Source: an uncultured Methanosarcinales archaeon (GTDB taxonomy: Archaea > Halobacteriota > Methanosarcinia > Methanosarcinales > Methanosarcinaceae). Taken from it: a stretch of 52,331 bases of DNA. The DNA is taken from positions 1-52,331 of the forward strand of contig CAZCKG010000001.1 of the NCBI GenBank assembly GCA_964498825.1, written 5' to 3'. The notes beneath the pieces are model-generated. The model was not told the origin of the DNA and did not search any database. It worked only from the letters and a program-made list of their open reading frames with translations. A program made the translations under genes and the position numbers. Position 1 is the first letter of the stretch. Each line of letters starts with the position of its first letter. Shown piece by piece: positions 1 to 9,444 of the stretch.

Positions 1-103
1 AGGTAGTTCCAAGTAAAAGCTTGAAGAGAAAAAAGGATATTTTTTAATTTTTTCCGAATTCAAAGTAGTTTTCAAGAAGTGTTTCCAAGAAGGTATAAGA
101 GTT

Positions 104-553
104 TCATCTTTCAACCTGCATATACCAGAGACACTTCTGTCTCCATTTGCAGGCTCCACAGACATCTTCGATATCAGAGGCATTATTTAATGAACTGATC
201 AATCTGAAGGCTTCATCTGCACTCATAACAGTTCCTTCTTTTATTTTCAGCTTCTCCATAACAACAAGGTCCATGTTCCTGATCCTGTGAGTAAGGACTG
301 ATTGCTGAGTCGAGCATTCTTTTTTTCCGGGACAGGAAATACAGATGGCATCACATTCAGACACAAGCTTGATGGGCCTGGAAGGAAAAGCATCAATATC
401 AGAGATCACAGCCATCATATTAGCCACAAAAGCAGGACTGTATCCATAGCCCTGAAAGCCCTGAATACAACAAAGGTGATGAGCTCTAATTTTCAGGCAT
501 TTAAATATATTTTTTGAATCAGATCCAGATATGTGCGTGGATTTTTCTAGCAT
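104..553 (-). CDS. DUF1284-like putative Fe-S/metal-binding protein
   Basis: RAHHLCCIQGFQGYGYS motif, CDAICISCP, C-terminal CGACKWRQKC. Confidence 0.8.
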   Translation of the reverse strand: MLEKSTHISGSDSKNIFKCLKIRAHHLCCIQGFQGYGYSPAFVANMMAVISDIDAFPSRPIKLVSECDAICISCPGKKECSTQQSVLTHRIRNMDLVVMEKLKIKEGTVMSADEAFRLISSLNNASDIEDVCGACKWRQKCLWYMQVER

Positions 554-625
554 GAATTTCCCCAGGAGATTTAATCACAAAACAAAAGAATTGGTTCTAT
601 AAAATTTATTCTATAATGCAGATTT

Positions 626-1159
626 TTATTCTATAAAATCGATTTCTGAATCTCCAATCTGAGGTAGTTCCTCAACAGGAAGCGCTATTGCAGGAGCATC
701 AGAATATTTTACAAATAGAATATCATAACCTGTTTTAAGCCCAAGCATAATGTTCAGGTTAGTAAAATCATCATTTAAAAGAAGTGCCTGTCCGATAGGA
801 TTACAGGAAGCTTCGAACTCCGAATCCTCCACGCTCCTTACCTCAAAGCTGGACTTTTCCAGGCTGCAAACCTTACAGCAAACAGAAAATACTTCAAAAT
901 ACCTTGAAAGGATATCGTAGAGTAATCTAGCTTCTCTTTCATACTCGATACAGAAAGCGATCCCAATTTTTTTGTATCCCATTCTTTTTGCATAAATAGT
1001 AATTTCTTCTAGCTTTGTCCTTTTCAAATAATCAGACTCAAGCCAGGTCGAAATCTGAACTGATCTAAGATTATCACCGCTATAGTCAAGTCCTGATTTA
1101 ATGACAGAGCAATTTTTACCTTTCAAGCATTCTTTATTCCTGCATAACGCGCACTGCAC
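626..1159 (-). CDS. DUF1847-like putative metal-binding protein (degenerate motif)
   Basis: N-terminal CxxCxxxxC, KKIGIAFC, VCCKVC, CNPIGQA; GTG start. Confidence 0.75.
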   Translation of the reverse strand: MQCALCRNKECLKGKNCSVIKSGLDYSGDNLRSVQISTWLESDYLKRTKLEEITIYAKRMGYKKIGIAFCIEYEREARLLYDILSRYFEVFSVCCKVCSLEKSSFEVRSVEDSEFEASCNPIGQALLLNDDFTNLNIMLGLKTGYDILFVKYSDAPAIALPVEELPQIGDSEIDFIE

Positions 1160-1672
1160 ACTTTTTCTCCCGGATTTTTGACATAAATAGGGATACTATA
1201 ATCATAAATAAACTGTGAAGGTATAAATTTTTCCGTGAAAGACAAGATTGGCTCTCAGTTATTTTTATGGGTGAAAATAATTGCTCAGTTGAAAAAATGA
1301 TTACATCAAATAGATAAACATCGATCTTGAACATGGTTTTTCCAAGTAACTTGTGATAAAACATTAACCATATTTGATAATCAATTATAAATTACCCGCC
1401 CGAGATATCGAAGAACCAGAAAATTATCAGAATTTTCAGGGAGAATAGAAGTGAAAAAATAGTGAAAAAAGAAATAATGCCGGATTTATGAAATGCAATC
1501 TTATCTCACTGGCTTCTGAAGAAATACAGATAATAAGAACATAAAAAGGAGTTATTTCGCTCATTTGTATATAAATGCGCCAATTTCACGCATTAATACA
1601 TAAATATTTAAACTTTTCTATTCGAAAAGAGAAATTATTATATATTCATTCTGCGATGTGAATAAGTAACCT

Positions 1673-2011
1673 ATGAAGAAATGCAGAGGAAGACCAAAAT
1701 GTCCGAGGCGTGTTGAACATACGCCAGATGTCACATACTTCAAACCCAGAGGAGTACCCCTATCAGACCTGGAAGTTGTGTCCATCACAGTGGAAGAGCT
1801 TGAAGCCCTGAGACTTGTAGATGTTGAAAGCTTGAAACAGGAAGATGCAGCCATCAGAGTGGGGATATCTAGAAGAGCCTTCTGGGAGGATCTGAAATCT
1901 GCCAGAATGAAGATAGCTCTTGCCCTCAATACAGGAAAAGCGATAGAGATTAAAGGTGGAACCTATATCAGGGCTGAGGATGCTGACATTGCTGAAGATG
2001 CTGACGCGTAA
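1673..2011 (+). CDS. DUF134 (UPF0251) putative DNA-binding protein
   Basis: GRPKCPRRV...YFKPRGVP...[10 protein letters not shown]...GISR...AIEIKGG signature. Confidence 0.9.
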   Translation: MKKCRGRPKCPRRVEHTPDVTYFKPRGVPLSDLEVVSITVEELEALRLVDVESLKQEDAAIRVGISRRAFWEDLKSARMKIALALNTGKAIEIKGGTYIRAEDADIAEDADA

Positions 2012-2065
2012 AAACATCTGAAAAAGGAAAACTGAAAAATTCGGAATGTTACACAGGCGATAATA

Positions 2066-2908
2066 ATGACAGAAAAAGTTCAACCACTGGAGAGCTTGTC
2101 AAAGAAGCCAGAGGAACCAAAAATAATAGTTAACCTTCGGCGCATCAAACGCAAGATAATGGTAATGAGCGGGAAAGGAGGAGTAGGAAAAAGTACAGTT
2201 GCTGCAAATCTTGCTACCGGACTGGCCCTGCGTGGATACAGAGTGGGGCTTCTGGACTGCGATATCCACGGACCAACTATCCCCACAATCTTTGGGTTAG
2301 AATCTCAAAGGCCAGATGTTAATGAAGAAGGAATTCTACCAATCCAGGTTCTTCCCAATCTCTCGGTGATGTCTGTCGGATTTCTGCTTGAGAATAAAGA
2401 TTCTCCTATTATCTGGAGAGGACCTGCCAAGATGGGAGCAATCAAACAGTTTCTGGAAGAAGTCAGCTGGGGAAAACTTGATTTCCTTATTATAGATCTT
2501 CCTCCGGGAACAGGAGATGAACCACTAAGCGTAGCTCAGCTTATTCCCGAATGTGACGGCTCTGTACTTGTTACGACCCCCCAGGATGTAGCTTTGATTA
2601 GCGTCCGAAAATCAATCAGATTTTCCGAAAAACTTAAGGTGCCCATTATAGGTATTGTAGATAATATGCATGGACTTATCTGCCCTCACTGCGACAAGCC
2701 AATAGAGGTGTTTGGAACAGGAGGAGTGGAAAAAGCTTCAAAAGATTTCAATATTCCTATACTTGCAAAGCTTCCTATGGAACCGAAAATTGCAGAGATG
2801 GAAGATAAGGGCACAGTTGTGCAGGGAATGCTGGAGCACAGCACCGAATGGCAGAAAAACTTTGACGGTGTTGTGAATGCTGTAGAAAAAATACTGGAAG
2901 AAGAGTAA
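2066..2908 (+). CDS. mrp: Mrp/NBP35/ApbC Fe-S cluster carrier ATPase
   Basis: SGKGGVGKST Walker A, DCDIHGP, IWRGP, DLPPGTGD, VTTPQ, CPHC. Confidence 0.93.
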   Translation: MTEKVQPLESLSKKPEEPKIIVNLRRIKRKIMVMSGKGGVGKSTVAANLATGLALRGYRVGLLDCDIHGPTIPTIFGLESQRPDVNEEGILPIQVLPNLSVMSVGFLLENKDSPIIWRGPAKMGAIKQFLEEVSWGKLDFLIIDLPPGTGDEPLSVAQLIPECDGSVLVTTPQDVALISVRKSIRFSEKLKVPIIGIVDNMHGLICPHCDKPIEVFGTGGVEKASKDFNIPILAKLPMEPKIAEMEDKGTVVQGMLEHSTEWQKNFDGVVNAVEKILEEE

Positions 2909-3248
2909 GACAGAGAAACAAATATATATCTTACACTTTATTTTTTACCAACTGTCATACATTAAAAAGAGGTCTTGGCTTTTTTCATTTAAGTTACACG
3001 ACTTCCATACATCACTCAAAACTTTTTTAAACAATTAGAACTTATTTAATAAAAGGTCTCATGTTTTATATAATGTAATTAAAGAATGAAAAATCGTCTC
3101 CTGCTTTAAAGTTGATCATTTATGGCTTATCCTAATTCTGCCTTAGAGTAAAAAATTCATAATAAGTAGAAGTAGGATCAGTTATGAGGAGAAGAAATTA
3201 CTATACAGAAAAAACAAAAAATCATAAACAAAAAGTAACGTTGAGAAC

Positions 3249-3815
3249 ATGAACAAATTAATTGTACTATTAATCCTTCTTGCAACTGTGCTTTTTACAT
3301 CTGGCTGTACTGGCAACAATCCAGGGAAGAATATACAAGATCCTATTGAAACTCAGAATGACCCCTTGGATCATCAGGAGATTCAGAATGACTCCCCTGA
3401 CTCTCAGGAAATGCAGAAAGAAGGTACTGTTGTTGAAGCAACCCAGCTGGAACAGATAAACACATCCCTCCAGGAAGGCCCTGTCTTAGTAAAAATAGGA
3501 GCTGAATGGTGTAGCCCATGTCAGGCTTTGAAGCCCATCCTTAAAGACCTGGCGGCAGAAAACAGTGGAAAAATTACCATTATGTCCATAGACATGGACC
3601 AGAGCCCAGATCTTGCAACCTATTTCGAAATAGGATATATCCCTGACGTTTCTTTGATAATGGGCATCGATAACGGAGAATACGTATACATGGAGCAAGA
3701 TGGAAGCACTAGCAAGGATAGACTCCAGGCCAGACTTCTCGGACAAATGGAGAAAGAAGAATATCAGAAGCTTATTGATGTTGCCCTTATCCAGGAAGGA
3801 AAAGGAAAGTCCTGA
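3249..3815 (+). CDS. Thioredoxin-family lipoprotein (extracytoplasmic)
   Basis: Signal peptide with lipobox FTSG-C, WCSPC active site, adjacent to ccdA. Confidence 0.88.
   Translation: MNKLIVLLILLATVLFTSGCTGNNPGKNIQDPIETQNDPLDHQEIQNDSPDSQEMQKEGTVVEATQLEQINTSLQEGPVLVKIGAEWCSPCQALKPILKDLAAENSGKITIMSIDMDQSPDLATYFEIGYIPDVSLIMGIDNGEYVYMEQDGSTSKDRLQARLLGQMEKEEYQKLIDVALIQEGKGKS
3354..3418 (+). repeat. Imperfect 30-bp coding tandem repeat in the Trx linker
   Basis: CAGAATGAC...TCAGGA twice, encoding QNDPLDHQEI/QNDSPDSQEM. Confidence 0.7.
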
Positions 3816-3887
3816 TTAAATAGTACAAGTCTGCAACGATTAGACTATAAAGACTTCTAAATAAATGAGAATGGAAGTTAAAAAACC

Positions 3888-4538
3888 ATGCCTCCCGAAG
3901 CTATTACACCTGTGGTTGCATTTGGAGCAGGAGTTCTCAGTGTCCTGTCCCCTTGCATCCTTCCCCTTTTACCTGCAGTCCTGGCAACGTCAGCAGGAAA
4001 AAGTAAATTCAGACCTCTTGCGATAGTGCTTGGAGTATCAATATCCTTTACTATCATGGGAGTGATAACCTCTGCCTTTGGGGCAGTTTTCCATGAATAC
4101 ATCAGTTATCTGAAGATCCTGTCAGAAATTTTGATTCTTATAATGGGTATTGCATTACTCATGGAAATAAGCCTTTTTAATTCCTTTTCAAAATTTCCTC
4201 TTCTGGGAGGAATGAATGGAGAAGGCGCAGTATCAGGTTTCTTGCTTGGCCTTTCCCTCGGAGTGCTCTGGATTCCCTGCGTAGGACCAGTTCTGGCTTC
4301 GATTCTGGCGATAGTTGTGAAAGAAGGAAACCTTGCTACCGGAGCATATACTCTCTCAATTTACTCATTAGGATTTGCAATACCAATGCTAGTTCTGGCA
4401 TACTCAACTCATTTTTCATCCTCAAAAATCAGGACGATATCAAAATATGATTCAGTCCTTAAAAAGGGAGCAGGAATAGTACTGGTTCTAGTCGGGCTCT
4501 GGATGATCTATCAGAACCACTTGAGAGCATTAATTTGA
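3888..4538 (+). CDS. ccdA: CcdA/DsbD-like transmembrane electron transporter, copy 1
   Basis: LSPCILP and WIPCVGP motifs, about six hydrophobic helices. Confidence 0.92.
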   Translation: MPPEAITPVVAFGAGVLSVLSPCILPLLPAVLATSAGKSKFRPLAIVLGVSISFTIMGVITSAFGAVFHEYISYLKILSEILILIMGIALLMEISLFNSFSKFPLLGGMNGEGAVSGFLLGLSLGVLWIPCVGPVLASILAIVVKEGNLATGAYTLSIYSLGFAIPMLVLAYSTHFSSSKIRTISKYDSVLKKGAGIVLVLVGLWMIYQNHLRALI

Positions 4539-4597
4539 GAAAATACCTGACGATTTAGCATGAAAAAGTAATGTCATTAACGGCCTTATTTAAAAGG

Positions 4598-4850
4598 CAG
4601 TTACTCAAAGCCCCTTTTTATTTTTGACTATTTATTATATTTTATTAAGCCTCATATAGCTCACTTTCCGCAGATGTCCATAGAATTTTCACAATTTTTC
4701 TTTTCTCGTTTTTCTGGTAACTGCACTTGTTACTCAAAGAAATTTTTTTGAAATATTTTTCAATTTTCGACCTGTCTGTCTTCAATGAAAACTTTCAACC
4801 CCATTTCTTAAATCTTTAGTTGAGGTAATAATCGGAAATTTTTGAGTAAC
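4598..4850. mobile_element. Two adjacent ~125-bp MITE-like relics
   Basis: CAGTTACTCAAAG (4598) ... TTTCTGGTAACTG (4723); GTTACTCAAA (4729) ... TTTGAGTAAC (4850); no ORF and no clear target duplication. Confidence 0.4.
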
Positions 4851-4945
4851 TCTTCAAAATCAATAGCATGAGAAATGCTGTTTTTTCGAAAATATCTAAT
4901 GAATGTCGGATATAGATTAAAATTATATGATTTGATAGACTCGGA

Positions 4946-4988
4946 AAAACATAAATAGACTGGTTAGAAAACATAAATATGCTGGTTT
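4946..4988. repeat. 22-bp imperfect tandem direct repeat
   Basis: AAAACATAAATAGACTGGTTAG / AAAACATAAATATGCTGGTTT. Confidence 0.7.
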
Positions 4989-5212
4989 AGTTCTATATAA
5001 ATAGTTACTAAATTGAACAGACCTAATTTCCACGAAAATTTGACAATTGATAATTTGTCATCCCAACAAGATAATAGTTTTAAAATTAGGCTTTTAATTA
5101 ACAATATTGAAATAGATTGATAAACCTACATCAGAGCTATTTTCAGAAACAAACTCATTAATTACGGTTATTTTTTAACTTCTTTGAATATATATCACAT
5201 ATTTAAGAAAAA

Positions 5213-5249
5213 TTTTTATATAAAAACGATGTTCGTAAATTTGCGAACA
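5213..5249 (+). promoter_or_regulatory. TATA box followed by a palindromic operator (TTCG-N8-CGAA) upstream of trx2-ccdA2
   Basis: TTTTTATATAAA then TGTTCGTAAATTTGCGAACA (9/10 inverted repeat). Confidence 0.65.
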
Positions 5250-5518
5250 ATGATCTGATGAAATATCGGTTCTCTAAGAACTAAAGCATACACTTAAACC
5301 GGCTTTAAATGAAAAATTCAAAATGAAAAATCCTTCACTGTTTTGTATGGTCGAAAGATTATTTATTAGAAATTGCGAGGCCAAAGAGAGAAAACAGTAA
5401 AAGATATTGTTTTTAACAACAAACGTTTCTGAAGCTTTTACAACCTTCCTGTGTTTAGGAAGGATGTCAGCTAATTACTCGAAACAACAAAGAGCTATAA
5501 AAAACCGATGTTGAGAAT

Positions 5519-6023
5519 ATGAAAAAATTAGCGATATCACTGATCTTGCTTACAGCTGTACTTTTCGTGGCAGGATGTACTGAAAAAACTCAGGAAAATT
5601 CAACAAATTCCCACGCTATCCAGGGAAAAAGCGCTGTTGTGGAAGTAACCAGCTGGAACAAATAAACACAACCCTTCAGAAAGGCCCGGTTTTTTTGAAA
5701 GTGGGAGCCGAGTGGTGCGGAGAGTGTCGGGATATGAAGCCTATTCTTGATAAGCTTGCAGCAGAATATGAAGGGGGGCCACTGTCATGTCCGTAGATAT
5801 AGACAGAAGTCCGCAAATTGTACCCAATTTTGGAGTAGGTTCTATTCCTGATTCCTTCGTTATCGTGGGTATTGAAAATGGAGAATACATTTACATGCAA
5901 GATAACGGGAACGTTAGCAAGGACAGGTTCAAAGCAAGAGTTCTCGGACTCAGGGATAAAGAAGTATTTGAAAATGTCCTGAATCTTGCCATTCTCCATG
6001 AAGAGCAAGAAAAATCCAGATAA
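5519..6023 (+). pseudogene. Second thioredoxin lipoprotein (WCGEC) with two 1-bp deletions; pseudogene or sequencing error
   Basis: MKKLAISLILLTAVLFVAGC start; versus the paralog one base is missing near 5650 (ACC[C]AG) and one in the G6 run 5773-5778; all three segments align with 3249..3815. Confidence 0.85.
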
Positions 6024-6161
6024 AAGAAATCTGTTCCGATAGATCCAATTTCAAAACTCCAATACAAATCGGGAGTAAAACCTCGGAAAATCATGATTTT
6101 TGGAAAAGATTCAGATCATAGGCATATAGACAACTGAACTACAAAAGCGTTAATGAAAACC

Positions 6162-6812
6162 ATGTTTTATGAAGCAATCTCCCCTCTGACTGCATTTGGA
6201 GCAGGAATTCTCAGCGTTCTATCACCCTGTATCCTTCCCCTCCTGCCTGCAGTCCTGGCAACGTCAGCAGGAAAAAGTAAATTCAGACCTCTTGCAATAG
6301 TGCTTGGAGTGTCAATATCTTTCACAATAATGGGGGTGGTAACCTCTGCCTTTGGGGCATTGTTCCAGACCCATATAGGTCAGTTGAAGATCCTGGCAGA
6401 AATTTTGATTCTCATACTGGGTTTCGCATTACTCCTTGAGATAAGCCTTTTCAATTCATTCTCAAAATTTCCCCTTCTAGGAGGAATGAATGGAGAAGGC
6501 GCAGTATCAGGTTTCTTGCTTGGTCTTTCCCTTGGGGTGCTCTGGATCCCCTGTGTAGGACCAATACTGGGATCAATTCTGACTATGGTAGCTCTGGAAG
6601 GAAACGCTACTACAGGAGCATTTACCCTCTCAATTTACTCACTTGGATTTGCAATGCCAATGCTGTTTCTGGCATACTCGGCGCACGTTTCATCTTCAAA
6701 AATAGGGTTTATATCACGATATGATGTAGCCTTTAAAAAAGGAGCAGGAATAGTACTGGTTCTAGTCGGGCTCTGGATGATCTATCAGAACCACTTGAGA
6801 GCATTAATTTGA
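6162..6812 (+). CDS. ccdA: CcdA/DsbD-like transmembrane electron transporter, copy 2
   Basis: Same Cys motifs, colinear with copy 1 at a constant 2274-bp offset. Confidence 0.92.
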   Translation: MFYEAISPLTAFGAGILSVLSPCILPLLPAVLATSAGKSKFRPLAIVLGVSISFTIMGVVTSAFGALFQTHIGQLKILAEILILILGFALLLEISLFNSFSKFPLLGGMNGEGAVSGFLLGLSLGVLWIPCVGPILGSILTMVALEGNATTGAFTLSIYSLGFAMPMLFLAYSAHVSSSKIGFISRYDVAFKKGAGIVLVLVGLWMIYQNHLRALI

Positions 6813-6947
6813 GAAAAATAAAAAGTAGAATTAACCAGCAAAATAAGCTGTGAAAATAAGGGTATAAAAATTTCTGATCCCAAAAGAAAAAGGAATTTAA
6901 AGAGATCAAAACTTTAATCCTGCTTTGGTAGAGGAGAGCTCTCGACT

Positions 6948-7181
6948 CTACCAGAACCCAAATAACTTTAGAGAACCTAAAAACATAATCCCTGATAGGA
7001 TATTAAGTACTACAAGCTGGCCTTTTCTTTTTGTCCATTTTTTACCCATTTTATGATTCACCCAGTACGCCATCGAAGTCGCCAGCATTCCGAGCACAAA
7101 ACTCATAACGACTTCAGGGAACCCAAGATACCGACAGAGTACATACCCTATCCCCCCAGCCACACACACAGGACAGACCAT
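6948..7181 (-). CDS. Small membrane protein with N-terminal CPVC motif
   Basis: MVCPVC, three hydrophobic segments, GAGGGGG SD. Confidence 0.75.
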   Translation of the reverse strand: MVCPVCVAGGIGYVLCRYLGFPEVVMSFVLGMLATSMAYWVNHKMGKKWTKRKGQLVVLNILSGIMFLGSLKLFGFW

Positions 7182-7182
7182 A

Positions 7183-7254
7183 TTATCCCCCTCTGTCTTC
7201 TGTTTTTACACTGAGCTTACTGAACTCGATACCAAATCCTATTTCTACATACAT
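7183..7254 (-). CDS. Candidate 23-aa upstream peptide MYVEIGFGIEFSKLSVKTEDRGG
   Basis: GGAGGAGGT SD just upstream of ATG; stop 1 nt before the next ATG. Confidence 0.45.
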   Translation of the reverse strand: MYVEIGFGIEFSKLSVKTEDRGG

Positions 7255-7532
7255 AAATGACCTCCTCCAACTACAGAAAAACTTAAAAAATGAAGCCCCT
7301 ATTTTTATTTATAATCGAAATACTATATGTGACAGATTGTATAAAATAGTTTCAATTATCGTTTTTGATAGAAGATTAATTCGATTTTTGGCCATATCAT
7401 TCAAGAGTACTATTTAAAAAATGAGAATTACGTAGAATCAAAGATTCTAAAAGTAACTCAATTAACAGAAAGAATAAGGCTGAAAATATAAAGTGAAGTA
7501 AGAAGTAAAAAGAAAAGAAATTGGGAGAAGTG

Positions 7533-8273
7533 TTATTCTCCACTTTCCCTTGCGATTGCTACAAGCTCGTTTACGCATGCAACAGCCATCGGAGTCCCAC
7601 CTCTTGTCCCGACACAGCTTATAGAGGGAACAGGAATTTTCAGATTTCTTACCAGTTCTCTGGACTCGGCTGCATTTACGAAACCTACAGGAAGCCCGAT
7701 AATAAGGGCTGGCCTTACGCCTTTCTCAATAAGTTTGCAGACCATTATAAGGGCAGAAGGTGCATTCCCGATTGCAATTATGCTTCCATCGAGTCGATCC
7801 CGAGCAGCCAGAAAACCCGCAGAAGTACGGGTTATCCCGTACTTGTTGGCAATTTCAGCATCAGAATCTTCATCGAGTACACAGATAATCTCAGATTTAT
7901 GCCCTGCCTTTGTAATTCCGGCTTTTACCATGTTAATATCTACGAAAATCGAGGCACCTTTTTTAATTGCTTCTACACCTGCAGGGATTGGATCATGCAT
8001 AAAACGCATGATGTCTGCAACTGAAAGGTCTCCGGTAGCAATAACACAGCGCTGGCGAAAACGGTCTTCAGGAGTCTTATTCCCGATGAGTTCCTGAATC
8101 ATTGTCCGGCTTTTCATGTAAATAGCTTTGGCTTCTTCGGTCCTCGCCCCGGAATCCTTGCAGATTTTTACAAGTTCGGAATCAACATCAACTGTAAGCT
8201 CGGTAAGCTCATCAAGGTTTTCGAGGTTTTCGAGGTTTCCGGCTTTACCACTAAAATTCTTTTCAGTAGTCAT
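7533..8273 (-). CDS. cbiC: Cobalt-precorrin-8 methylmutase
   Basis: GITRTSA, AIGNAPSAL, GLPVGFVNAAES, RGGTPMAVA. Confidence 0.93.
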   Translation of the reverse strand: MTTEKNFSGKAGNLENLENLDELTELTVDVDSELVKICKDSGARTEEAKAIYMKSRTMIQELIGNKTPEDRFRQRCVIATGDLSVADIMRFMHDPIPAGVEAIKKGASIFVDINMVKAGITKAGHKSEIICVLDEDSDAEIANKYGITRTSAGFLAARDRLDGSIIAIGNAPSALIMVCKLIEKGVRPALIIGLPVGFVNAAESRELVRNLKIPVPSISCVGTRGGTPMAVACVNELVAIARESGE

Positions 8274-9063
8274 ACTTCTTATGATACCCCCTGGGAGTGA
8301 TTATGAAATCTTTCTTTTGAGAATTCCAGATCCTGGAATCTCCATTTCCAACGAGAATCGTAGTGCTCATATCTACCCAATCTTCATATTCCATGACCTT
8401 ACCCAGAGTTGTAACAACCCTGTCCTCGCCTTCCCCTCTCAGAGCATTCTTAACAAGCCCCACAGGCACAGAGTCGGCTTTATACTGGCGGATTATTTCG
8501 ATTGCTCTTGAAAAGTTTGACTGTCTTTTGCGGCTTTTGGGGTTGTAGAGAGCCATCACAAAATCGGCTTCTGCAGCAAGGTTAAGCCTCTTTTCAATTA
8601 CATCCCAGGGAGTCAGAAGGTCACTCAGGCTGACAACTGCAAAATCCGTTACAACAGGAGCTCCGAGCATACTTGCCCCTGCCAGAATTGCAGTAACTCC
8701 GGGAAGAATTTCGATATCAACTTCAAGGCCTTCGTGTTCAGCGACCTCAAGCACAATACCTGCCATTCCATAGACATTGGTATCGCCGCCACTAACCATA
8801 ACAACATTTGCAATTTTTGCAAGCTCCACTGCCTTTCTGGCTCTGTCAACCTCTTTACCCATATAGCTTCGGATTACTTCCTGAGTTCCAAGGAGACTCT
8901 CTATCTGGTCCAGGTAAGTACTGTTTCCGAGCACATAATCGGCGTTAAGGATTACATCTCTAGCTTTGACCGTCATCTGTTCCACAGACCCCGGCCCAAT
9001 CCCTACGATGTAGAGTTTTCCTCCGGTTTCCTTACTTTGCGATTGCAATTGTGACTCTGCCAT
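8263..9063 (-). CDS. cbiH: Cobalt-precorrin-3 C17-methyltransferase
   Basis: VGIGPG, SLSDLLTPW, LYNPKS, DMSTTILVGN, TPRGY. Confidence 0.94.
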   Translation of the reverse strand: MAESQLQSQSKETGGKLYIVGIGPGSVEQMTVKARDVILNADYVLGNSTYLDQIESLLGTQEVIRSYMGKEVDRARKAVELAKIANVVMVSGGDTNVYGMAGIVLEVAEHEGLEVDIEILPGVTAILAGASMLGAPVVTDFAVVSLSDLLTPWDVIEKRLNLAAEADFVMALYNPKSRKRQSNFSRAIEIIRQYKADSVPVGLVKNALRGEGEDRVVTTLGKVMEYEDWVDMSTTILVGNGDSRIWNSQKKDFIITPRGYHKKYDY

Positions 9064-9403
9064 ATACTTTCTTCCTGCAAATCAATTGTTTTTCTTCAGA
9101 GAGGGCAAGAGCTGCAGGTTCTGCAACTCCTTTTAATCCAAAGCGAGAAGCCTGAGATAATGAAGGGGGATTATAGCTGTTGAGCTGTTCATCCGGCAAA
9201 AAATCTACCGGAATACCAAGCATCTCTCCCGCTTCCAGAAGCCCTTGTTCATTTTCCTTAAGTTTCGCAGAGGCAAAAGCCGTAATATCTTCAAGGTTCA
9301 GGCCGCGTTCATCAAGTGCCTGACGCACGGCTTCGATAACTTCTTCTTTTGTAATTCCCCTGCGAGTTCCGATTCCAATGATCATTTGTGATCTTTTTTC
9401 CAC
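9032..9403 (-). CDS. cbiG: CbiG C-terminal domain protein (start may be ATG 9385)
   Basis: IGIGTRRG, KENEQGL, GVAEPAAL, VTIAIA. Confidence 0.88.
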   Translation of the reverse strand: MEKRSQMIIGIGTRRGITKEEVIEAVRQALDERGLNLEDITAFASAKLKENEQGLLEAGEMLGIPVDFLPDEQLNSYNPPSLSQASRFGLKGVAEPAALALSEEKQLICRKKVYGRVTIAIAK

Positions 9404-9444
9404 TAATTATTAACTCAGTTGCCGACCAGTTGACTGTTGACTCG

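Noticed and set aside
5440-5470. Hairpin CCTTCCT-GTGTTT-AGGAAGG-ATGTCA as an IS200/IS605 end
   Set aside because: Only a loose resemblance; no tnpA/tnpB remnant nearby
8215-8240. 9-bp repeat in the cbiC N-terminus (NLENLENL)
   Set aside because: In-frame slippage in a non-conserved extension
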